Source of the DNA: Sorangium cellulosum So ce56
GTDB lineage: Bacteria > Myxococcota_A > Polyangia > Polyangiales > Polyangiaceae
Reading direction: 5' to 3'
DNA length: 32,000 nt
NCBI RefSeq assembly: GCF_000067165.1
Contig: NC_010162.1
Coordinates: forward strand, 8,234,212 to 8,266,211
Made by a program: the position numbers and the translations under genes. Below the pieces are notes generated by a model. It worked only from the letters and a program-made list of their open reading frames with translations. It ran no database searches and had not been told where the DNA came from. This document shows, piece by piece, positions 20,267-27,159 of the stretch; within the stretch, counting starts at the first letter, position 1, and each line of letters starts with the position of its first letter.

Positions 20267-21148
20267 ATGGCTCGCCTCGAGGACCGCTTGCCGGAGAACG
20301 CCCCCGGCGATTACTTCGTCGACAGGTCGTGCATCGACTGCGACGTATGCCGCCAGCTCGCTCCCTCGGTGTTCGCGCGCGTGCCCGCCGTCGAGCAGAG
20401 CGTCGTCGCTCGCCAGCCCGGGACGCCGGACGAGCACCTCCGCGCGGCCATGGCGCTGGTGTCGTGTCCGACCGCCTCCATCGGCACCTCCGCACCGGCG
20501 CCGGGGATGGCCGCCGCGACCTTCTCCTTCCCCGAGCCGATCGACGAGGATGTCCATTATTGCGGCTATACCTCGTCGTCCTCCTTTGGCGCGGCGAGCT
20601 ACCTCATCGTGCGACCCGAGGGCAACGTGCTCGTCGACTCGCCCCGCGCCGCCAGGCCGCTCATGAAGCGCATCCGCGAGCTCGGCGGCGTCCGGACCCT
20701 GGTGCTCACCCACCGCGACGACGTCGCCGATCACCGGATCTTCCGCGACAACTTCGGGTGCGATCGCGTGATCCACGAGGACGACATCGACGACGGAACA
20801 GCGCTCGCCGAGGTGAAGATCAAGGGGCTCGACCCCGTGGCCCTCGCGCCCGATCTCACGTTGATCCCCGTCCCGGGCCACACGCGGGGCAGCGTCGCGC
20901 TCCTCTTCCGGGACCGATACCTCTTCACCGGGGACCATCTGTTCTTCTCCGGCGAGCTCGGGCGGCTCGACGCGTCGCGCGACGTCTGCTGGTATTCCTG
21001 GGCGGAGCAGATCCGCTCGATGGAGCGCCTCCTCCAGCACCGGTTCACGTGGGTCCTGCCCGGCCACCTCCGCCGGTACCGCGCCCCTTCCGAGGACGCC
21101 ATGCGCGCCGAGCTCGCCGAGCTCATCGATCGCATGAAGAGGGCGTGA
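20267..21148 (+). CDS. Ferredoxin-domain / metallo-beta-lactamase-fold fusion protein
   Basis: 293 aa. The N-terminal ~70 aa resemble a small ferredoxin (YFVDRSCIDCDVCRQLAP ... LVSCPTASIG, i.e. CxxCxxC...CP). The rest is MBL-fold with an atypical first motif LTHRDDVADH instead of HxHxDH, then PGHTRGS, TGDHLF and LPGH. Confidence 0.75.
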   Translation: MARLEDRLPENAPGDYFVDRSCIDCDVCRQLAPSVFARVPAVEQSVVARQPGTPDEHLRAAMALVSCPTASIGTSAPAPGMAAATFSFPEPIDEDVHYCGYTSSSSFGAASYLIVRPEGNVLVDSPRAARPLMKRIRELGGVRTLVLTHRDDVADHRIFRDNFGCDRVIHEDDIDDGTALAEVKIKGLDPVALAPDLTLIPVPGHTRGSVALLFRDRYLFTGDHLFFSGELGRLDASRDVCWYSWAEQIRSMERLLQHRFTWVLPGHLRRYRAPSEDAMRAELAELIDRMKRA

Positions 21149-21250
21149 CGCGCAGACAGGCCCACGCGCGCCTCGACGTGCGCGGGCATGCGCGCTTCGG
21201 CGAGCGGTCCGCCTCGGTCCGCGGGGCGCCGTGGTACGATCGCGTCCCTG

Positions 21251-22606
21251 ATGACGCCGGACCTCATCGTTCGCGGGTTGCGGGTGGTCACCGGGGGCGC
21301 CGTGCGGCCGGCCTCGGTGCACATCCAGGGCGGCACCATCGTCTCCGTCGCCGGCTACGACGAGCTGCCGGCGGGCTGCCCCGTCGTGGACGCTCAAGGC
21401 GCGGTGGTGATGCCCGGGCTGGTCGACGCGCACGTGCACATCAACGAGCCCGGGCGGACCGAATGGGAGGGCTTCGAGACGGCGACGCGCGCCGCGGCCG
21501 CGGGCGGCGTCACGTCGCTCGTCGACATGCCCCTCAACAGCATCCCGCCGACGACCACGGTCGCGCACCTCGAGAAGAAGGCGCGCGCGGCGGAGGGCCG
21601 GTGCCTCGTCGACGTGGGCTTCTGGGGCGGCGCCGTCCCGGGCAACGCGGGAGAGCTGGTCCCGCTGCTCGAGGCCGGCGCGCTCGGCTTCAAGTGCTTC
21701 ATGGTCGACTCGGGCGTGGCGGAGTTCGGCCACGTCGCCGAGGCGGACCTCAGGGCGGCCCTCGAGGTGCTCGCGGGCACGGGCGCGCCGCTGCTCGTCC
21801 ACGCCGAGCTCCCCGGCCCCATCGACGCGGCGCGCGCGGCGATCGCCGGCCTGGATCCGCGCACGTACGCCGCCTACCTGCGCTCGCGCCCGCGAGAGGC
21901 GGAGGACCAGGCGATCGCCCTGCTCGCGTCGCTCTGCCAGGCGACGGGCGCTGCGGCGCACGTGGTCCACCTCTCGTCGGCCACGGCGCTCGACATCCTG
22001 CGGCGGGCGCGCGACGGCGGCGCCGCGCTGTCCGCCGAGACGACGCCGCACTACCTGCACTTCGCCGCCGAGGAGATCCCGGACGGCGCGACGCCCTTCA
22101 AGTGCGCTCCGCCGATCCGGGAGCGGCAGAACCGCGAGGAGCTCTGGGCCGCGCTCGCGGGCGGCCTCATCGATCTCGTCGTCTCCGATCATTCCCCGTG
22201 CACCCCCGAGCTCAAGCGGCTCGAAGCCGGCGACTTCGACGCCGCCTGGGGCGGGATCTCGAGCCTGCAGCTCGGCCTGTCGATCGTCTGGACCGACGCC
22301 CGCCGCCGGGGCATCCCGCTCGAGCGGCTCGCGGACTGGCTGTGCCGCGGGCCCGCGAGGCTCGCCGGCTTGCGCCGCAAGGGGGAGATCGCGCGCGGGT
22401 TCGACGCCGATCTGGTGATCTGGGATCCCGACGCGAGCTTCCGGGTCGAGCCGCCGATCCTCCAGCACCGGCACAAGGTGACGCCGTACGCCGGGGAGGA
22501 GCTCCACGGCGTCGTGGAGGCCACCTACCTCCGCGGCGAGAAGGTCCATGAGCGCGGGAGCTTCCCCGCGGAGGCGAGAGGGCGATGGCTGAAGCGAGAG
22601 GGGTGA
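21251..22606 (+). CDS. allB: Allantoinase (cyclic amidohydrolase family)
   Basis: Track ORF 21188..22606, trimmed to ATG 21251 (MTPDLIVRGLRVV...). Motifs present are DAHVHINEPGRTEWEGF, GGVTSLVDMPLNS, GFKCFM (carbamylated Lys context), HAE, VVHLSS and VSDHSPC. Allantoinase is preferred over dihydroorotase or hydantoinase on these motifs and the neighbouring genes. Confidence 0.88.
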   Translation: MTPDLIVRGLRVVTGGAVRPASVHIQGGTIVSVAGYDELPAGCPVVDAQGAVVMPGLVDAHVHINEPGRTEWEGFETATRAAAAGGVTSLVDMPLNSIPPTTTVAHLEKKARAAEGRCLVDVGFWGGAVPGNAGELVPLLEAGALGFKCFMVDSGVAEFGHVAEADLRAALEVLAGTGAPLLVHAELPGPIDAARAAIAGLDPRTYAAYLRSRPREAEDQAIALLASLCQATGAAAHVVHLSSATALDILRRARDGGAALSAETTPHYLHFAAEEIPDGATPFKCAPPIRERQNREELWAALAGGLIDLVVSDHSPCTPELKRLEAGDFDAAWGGISSLQLGLSIVWTDARRRGIPLERLADWLCRGPARLAGLRRKGEIARGFDADLVIWDPDASFRVEPPILQHRHKVTPYAGEELHGVVEATYLRGEKVHERGSFPAEARGRWLKREG

Positions 22607-24138
22607 CGGGGCCGGCGTTCGCGGAGGCGCTCGATCTGGCCTCGGAGCGCCTGGGCGGCGCGGTGCTCGCGGCGAACGACGAGTTCTTCGCGCCGAAGGA
22701 GAACCTGCTCAAGGCAGGGAAAGCGGTGTTCCTCGAGCACGAGTACACCGATCGCGGGAAGTGGATGGATGGCTGGGAGACGCGCCGGCGCCGGACTCCC
22801 GGGTTCGACTGGTGCCTCGTCCGGCTGGGGCTGCCAGGGATCCTCCGCGGGGTCATCGTCGATACGGCGTTCTTCCGGGGCAATTACCCCGAGCACTGCT
22901 CCATCGAGGCGTGCGCGGCGCGGCCCGACGCGCGGGTCGAGGACTTGCTCGACCCACGGACACACTGGGTCGAGATCCTGCCGCGCTCGCCGCTGGCCGG
23001 CGACTCGCAGAACGCGTTCGAGCTGACCAGCTCTTCGCGGTTCACGCACCTCCGCCTGAACATCTACCCGGACGGCGGCGTGGCGCGGCTCCGGGTGCAC
23101 GGCGACGCCCTCCCCGACGTCCGCCGGCAGGGCCGCCCAGGCGCGGAGATCGACCTCGCGGCCGCGGAGAACGGCGGGCGCGTGCTCTCGTGCAGCGACA
23201 TGTTCTTCGGGGTGCGCCACAACCTCATCATGCCCGGCCGGGCGGCGAACATGGGAGACGGCTGGGAGACGCGGCGCCGGAGGGGGCCCGGGTACGACTG
23301 GGCGCTCGTGGCGCTCGCGGCTCAGGGCGAGATCGCGCGGATCGAGGTCGACACGAACCACTTCAAGGGCAATTACCCCGACAGCTGCATGATCGAGGGG
23401 ATCGACGCGGCGGGGCGGTCCGCGGCGGAGCTCGCCGGCGCGGGCGGGTGGCGGGAGATCGTGCCGCGGACGAAGCTCCAGGCGCACACGCGTCATCTCT
23501 TCGAGGAAGATCTCCGCGCGACGGGGCCGTTCACCCACGTGCGCCTGAACATCTATCCTGACGGCGGCGTGAGCCGGCTCCGGATCTTCGGCGAGGCGAC
23601 CCGGAGCGGGGCGGCCGAGCAGCGGCTCCGCTGGCTCAACGCGCTCACGGAGCCGGAGGCCGAGGCGGAGCTCCGCGTGGCGTGCGGCGCGTCGGCGTGG
23701 GCGTCGCAGGTGGCGGCGGCGCGGCCGTTCCGCGACGAGGAGCACCTCTCCGCTGCGGCGGCGCAGGCCTTTGCGCGGCTCGCGCCGGAGGACTGGCTCG
23801 AGGCGTTCCGCGCGCACCCCCGCATCGGAGAGACCAGGCCGCAGGCGGAGGCCGCGGAGGCGAGCGCGACGGCGAGGCGCTTCTCCAGCCAGGAACAGGC
23901 GGGGATGAGCGCCGCGGCGGTGGATACGCGGGAGGCGCTCGCGCGCTTGAACCGCGCCTATGACGAGAAGTTCGGGTTCATCTACATCGTCTGCGCCACA
24001 GGGAAGAGCGCGGACGAGATGCTGGAGGCGCTGCGCGCGCGGCTCGAGCACACGCAGGAGCAGGAGCTGCCCATCGCCGCGGACGAGCAGCGGAAGATCA
24101 CGGCGATCCGGCTGAAGAAGCTCCTGTGGGGCGGATAG
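22585..24138 (+). CDS. alc: Allantoicase (two repeats) fused to a C-terminal OHCU decarboxylase domain
   Basis: 517 aa. Residues ~1-345 hold two allantoicase repeats (NDEFFAPKENLL...GKWMDGWETRRRR...FRGNYPEHCSIE and SDMFFG...GDGWETRRRRGPGYDW...FKGNYPDSCMIE; RLNIYPDGGV(A/S)RLR(V/I) occurs twice). Residues ~350-517 (about nt 23630-24138) look like OHCU decarboxylase/UraD (WLEAFRAHPRIGE ... YDEKFGFIYIVCATGKSADEML). ATG 22585 overlaps allB by 22 nt; the in-frame GTG 22603 would give a GTGA stop/start overlap. Confidence 0.88.
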   Translation: MAEARGVTGPAFAEALDLASERLGGAVLAANDEFFAPKENLLKAGKAVFLEHEYTDRGKWMDGWETRRRRTPGFDWCLVRLGLPGILRGVIVDTAFFRGNYPEHCSIEACAARPDARVEDLLDPRTHWVEILPRSPLAGDSQNAFELTSSSRFTHLRLNIYPDGGVARLRVHGDALPDVRRQGRPGAEIDLAAAENGGRVLSCSDMFFGVRHNLIMPGRAANMGDGWETRRRRGPGYDWALVALAAQGEIARIEVDTNHFKGNYPDSCMIEGIDAAGRSAAELAGAGGWREIVPRTKLQAHTRHLFEEDLRATGPFTHVRLNIYPDGGVSRLRIFGEATRSGAAEQRLRWLNALTEPEAEAELRVACGASAWASQVAAARPFRDEEHLSAAAAQAFARLAPEDWLEAFRAHPRIGETRPQAEAAEASATARRFSSQEQAGMSAAAVDTREALARLNRAYDEKFGFIYIVCATGKSADEMLEALRARLEHTQEQELPIAADEQRKITAIRLKKLLWGG

Positions 24139-24234
24139 AGCCCCGGGGCGCGGCCCCCGAGGAGGGAGCGCGTCGGGCGGGTGAGCGCCGGCGCGTCGGG
24201 TGTCCGGACGATCGGGTGTCCGGGCGTGGGGCGC

Positions 24235-24672
24235 TCAGCGCGAGAGCTGGCCTCGCAGCGCGCCGTCGGGGAAATCGGCGGTGCGCACGGCGACGTAATA
24301 CCTCTCCGGATCTCCGAGCAACGCGCTCAGATCGTCGCGGGCCGCGCTCACGCAGCCGCTGGAGCTGCCGCCGGTCGGCGGCATCAGCGTGATGATCCCG
24401 CGGCCCGCGCGGCCGGCGGAGCCCTCGTGGATGCGCGCCGCGGTCGCCGGCGCGATGCCGGCCACCGCGAGGTCGAAGCAGACCTCGCCGCGCTCGAGAT
24501 CGAGCGTGACGCGCGCCGTGCCGCTCCCCTTCGGGTCGCCGGGGCCGGGCACTTCGTCTTGCCCCGTGAGCGCCGCCGTGAGCGAGCGGACCGGGCGCTC
24601 AGGCAACGCCGCGCGCGCCAGCGCCGTCGCGAGGAGGACGGCGCCCAGCGCGAGCATCGTGAGGTGTTGCAT
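24235..24672 (-). CDS. Secreted CHRD-domain protein
   Basis: C-terminal 145 aa of track ORF 24235..25077, from ATG 24672 with GGAGGGAGA upstream. The signal peptide is MQHLTMLALGAVLLATALARA. CHRD hallmarks are LTGQDEVPGPGD, GTARVTLD, ARIHEGSAG and YYVAVRTADFPDGALRGQL. Confidence 0.85.
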   Translation of the reverse strand: MQHLTMLALGAVLLATALARAALPERPVRSLTAALTGQDEVPGPGDPKGSGTARVTLDLERGEVCFDLAVAGIAPATAARIHEGSAGRAGRGIITLMPPTGGSSSGCVSAARDDLSALLGDPERYYVAVRTADFPDGALRGQLSR

Positions 24673-24683
24673 GTCTCCCTCCT

Positions 24684-24701
24684 GCACATCACGGGATGTG
24701 C
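24684..24701. promoter_or_regulatory. Perfect 7-bp inverted repeat abutting the CHRD gene ribosome-binding site
   Basis: gcacatc (24684-90), loop acgg, gatgtgc (24695-701). On the - strand the hairpin ends directly at AGGAGGGAGA-C-ATG. Confidence 0.3.
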
Positions 24702-25091
24702 GATTCGAGGGCTCCACGAAGAGCAAAGACGACGCCGCCCACGCGCCGCGAGCCGCCCCGCACGTCGGTCGATCGCGGGGGCGGCGAGGAGGCCGCGACG
24801 GACACGGCGACTCGCCCCGATCGCCGAGGCGCGCTGGAGAGGGAGAGAGGCGGACAGCGGACCCGGATCGGCGCACGACGCGGGGAATCGGCGTCGCCTG
24901 CGCGAGGTGGCGAGGCGGCCCGCGCTCCGCACGGGCGGACAGGCCGCGGGCGCGGCCAGAGCCGCGGTGGAGGCATCCGCATGAGCGCGCCCGGTCCGTC
25001 GCGGGCGGGGGCTCAGGGTTGACGACGAGTCCGCCTTCTGCCAGGAGACGGACGCGCGCGAGGCGCGCGGAGAGCACGGCGGAGGCACACG

Positions 25092-25208
25092 ATGAGCACA
25101 GAGATCTCGAAGACCGACAACGACGACTGGACCATGCCCAAGCTCATCGCGCTCGCGTTCACGACGCTCCTCGTGGCCTTCTCGGTCATCTACCTCATCT
25201 CTCCCTGA
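25092..25208 (+). CDS. Small (38-aa) single-pass membrane peptide, not in the ORF track
   Basis: GGAGG lies 6 nt upstream of the ATG. The product is MSTEISKTDNDDWTMPKLIALAFTTLLVAFSVIYLISP*, with 36 of 38 third positions G/C, matching the genome's coding bias. It has an acidic N-terminus plus one hydrophobic helix. Confidence 0.5.
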   Translation: MSTEISKTDNDDWTMPKLIALAFTTLLVAFSVIYLISP

Positions 25209-25265
25209 ACGGCGCGCGTTCGCCCGTTCCCCGGCGCGCGCCGGCCCCACGAAGGGCGGCGTGCG

Positions 25266-26597
25266 CTACAGCTTCCTGGCGCAGCGCACGCCGAGCGCGT
25301 CCGTCACATCGGTCGGGTCCCAGCCGGTCCGCAAGCGAGCGGAGAGGTCCTCCGGTCTGGGCTGCCACCAGCTGCCGCCGCGGATCACCCGCGCGGAGCC
25401 GCGCTCGACGTTCGCGCAATCACGGCACGGCTGGGGGTAGGTCCCCTCGAAGTCCAGGGTCCACTCCCACACGTTCCCCGCGAGGTCGGCCTGCCCCCAC
25501 CGGCCATCACCCCTCGGCGATTTCGATCCGACGACGGCGCTGCCCGTCATGTCGAACACGGCGTAGGTCGAGTTCGGAAACGCGTTGCCCCACGGATACG
25601 CCCGCTGCTCGCTCCCGCCAGCCGACGCGTAGTCCCACTCCGCCTCTGTCGGGAGCCGCCCGCCGTCCCAGGCGCAGAAGGCGAACGCGACGAACCAGCT
25701 GACGCAGCTGATCGGCTTGAGCTCGTTCCCGCCCGCGTCGTCGGTCCACGAGTGCAATCCCGGGTTGCACTTCAAGTCGTCCCTCAACGCCGCCTGGCTC
25801 GCGGGAAGACGGGAGTCCCACGCAGCGTCCCAGCCGCTCCGCAGGATCGCCGGGTGAGCTCCAGCGCCGGCCGCGGGTCGGCTCGCGGGATAGGCCTCGA
25901 CGAACTTGCGGAACCGTCCGACGGTGACCTCGTAGCGATCCAGGCGCAGGTCGCTCACCTCCGCCGGAGACGCCGCGTCGTTGCTCCGGTCGTACCGGCC
26001 ACCCGGAACGCGCGGGCTCGCGCAGCAGGGCTGGTTCCGCTCCGGCCCGCAGGTCTCGCCCGCCCCGGTCTCGCCCAGGCGGCAGCTCGGCGGCAGGATG
26101 CACCGGCCCGCGCCGCACCACCCAGCGCAACCGGCAAGACCCCACCGCCCGTCGCTGCCGCAGACCTCGATGAGATCGCCGGCGCACCGCGCCTCGTCGG
26201 GAGAGCACTCGACAGGGGTCCCCCCGCCCCCGCCTGTGTCACCGCCGCCGGCCGCTGCGCCGCCGGCCTCGCCGCCACCCGTCGCGCCACCACCCGTCGC
26301 GCTACCGCCAGTCGCCTCGCCACCGGTCGCACCGCCGCCGGTCGCACCGCCGCCGGTCGCACCGCCCCCCGTCGCGCTGCTGCCAGCCCCGCCGCCGCCA
26401 GCCCCGCCGCCACCGACCGCCGTGCCCGACCCACCACCTGCTCCGCCGCCAGCGGTGCCAGCGCCGCCGTCGCCATCGACGAAGCTCCGCACCCTCTGCT
26501 CGCAGCCCGGCCCGAGCGTGGCCATCGCGACGGCCAGCCAGCCAGCCCCGCGCCGGCGATCCCGAGCTTCACCCGAACGAATCCGTAGAGCGCCCAC
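25266..26597 (-). CDS. Lipoprotein with Gly-rich tether, Cys-rich module and FGE-sulfatase (SUMF1/EgtB/PvdO-type) domain
   Basis: 443 aa. The N-terminus WLAVAMATLGPGC carries a lipobox. An (ATGGG)n low-complexity tract follows, then a Cys-rich stretch (VECSPDEARCAGDLIEVCGSDGRWGLAGCAGWCGAGRCILPPSC). The FGE-fold motifs are LDRYEVTVGRFRKF, ISCVSWFVAFAFCAWDGGRLPTEAEWDYA, LAGNVWEWTLD, RGGSW and GVRCA. Confidence 0.8.
   Translation of the reverse strand: MGALRIRSGEARDRRRGAGWLAVAMATLGPGCEQRVRSFVDGDGGAGTAGGGAGGGSGTAVGGGGAGGGGAGSSATGGGATGGGATGGGATGGEATGGSATGGGATGGGEAGGAAAGGGDTGGGGGTPVECSPDEARCAGDLIEVCGSDGRWGLAGCAGWCGAGRCILPPSCRLGETGAGETCGPERNQPCCASPRVPGGRYDRSNDAASPAEVSDLRLDRYEVTVGRFRKFVEAYPASRPAAGAGAHPAILRSGWDAAWDSRLPASQAALRDDLKCNPGLHSWTDDAGGNELKPISCVSWFVAFAFCAWDGGRLPTEAEWDYASAGGSEQRAYPWGNAFPNSTYAVFDMTGSAVVGSKSPRGDGRWGQADLAGNVWEWTLDFEGTYPQPCRDCANVERGSARVIRGGSWWQPRPEDLSARLRTGWDPTDVTDALGVRCARKL
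26271..26375 (-). repeat. About 7 x 15-bp tandem repeats encoding (A/S)TGGG pentapeptides
   Basis: + strand units all end in gtcgc at 26281-85, 26296-300, 26311-15, 26326-30, 26341-45, 26356-60 and 26371-75. Units 26331-45 and 26346-60 are identical (accgccgccggtcgc). Confidence 0.85.
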
Positions 26598-26761
26598 CGT
26601 TCACCCTCACAGTCGCCCACCGACGGGCACCCGCCATCGTATCATGTGGGACACCTCCTTCACCCCGCCCGGCCGTCGACCTCGCGGCGCCTCCGGGCGC
26701 ACCGCGGACGGCAGCGCGCGTCGCGCTCCCCGCGCGGGACGGCGCTCTCGCGGATGCGCGC

Positions 26762-27103
26762 TCAGCTGCCTCGGTACGTGGTGTAGCCGTGAGGGCTGAG
26801 CAGCAGCGGGACGTGGTGGTGCTGCGCCGGGTCCCGGATCTCGAAGAGGATCGACACCGTGGGATAGAAGCTCTCGCATCCGAGCGCCGCGTAATAGGCG
26901 CCTGTGTGGAAGGTGAGACGGTAGCGGCCCTGGAGGGGCCGTTCGCCGGGCGGCAGCAGCCCCTTCTGCCGGCCGTCGCCGTCGGTCGTGCCCCGTCCGA
27001 CCTCCCGGTAGCCGCCGTCGTCGCCGACCTCCAGCACCACCAGCACGCCGCTCGCCGGGCAGCCCCGTGACGTGTCCAGCACGTGCGTCGTGATCGCGCT
27101 CAT
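26762..27103 (-). CDS. uraH: 5-hydroxyisourate hydrolase (transthyretin-like)
   Basis: C-terminal 113 aa of track ORF 26762..27685, from ATG 27103 with GAGGAGG upstream. The product is MSAITTHVLDTSRGCPASGV...HHHVPLLLSPHGYTTYRGS, with the HVLD start and the diagnostic C-terminal YRGS tetrapeptide. Confidence 0.92.
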   Translation of the reverse strand: MSAITTHVLDTSRGCPASGVLVVLEVGDDGGYREVGRGTTDGDGRQKGLLPPGERPLQGRYRLTFHTGAYYAALGCESFYPTVSILFEIRDPAQHHHVPLLLSPHGYTTYRGS

Positions 27104-27159
27104 CGGTCCTCCTCGCCGCTCGGGCCCTCCGCGAACCGGGCCATTCCGGTGCTCTCCTA

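Noticed and set aside
20249-24051. ORFs 20249..22549(-) 766 aa, 20329..22551(+) 740 aa and 22525..24051(-) 508 aa over the Fd-MBL, allB and alc genes.
   Set aside because: They are shadow frames of genes with strong family motifs. The products are dominated by Arg, Gly, Asp and Pro.
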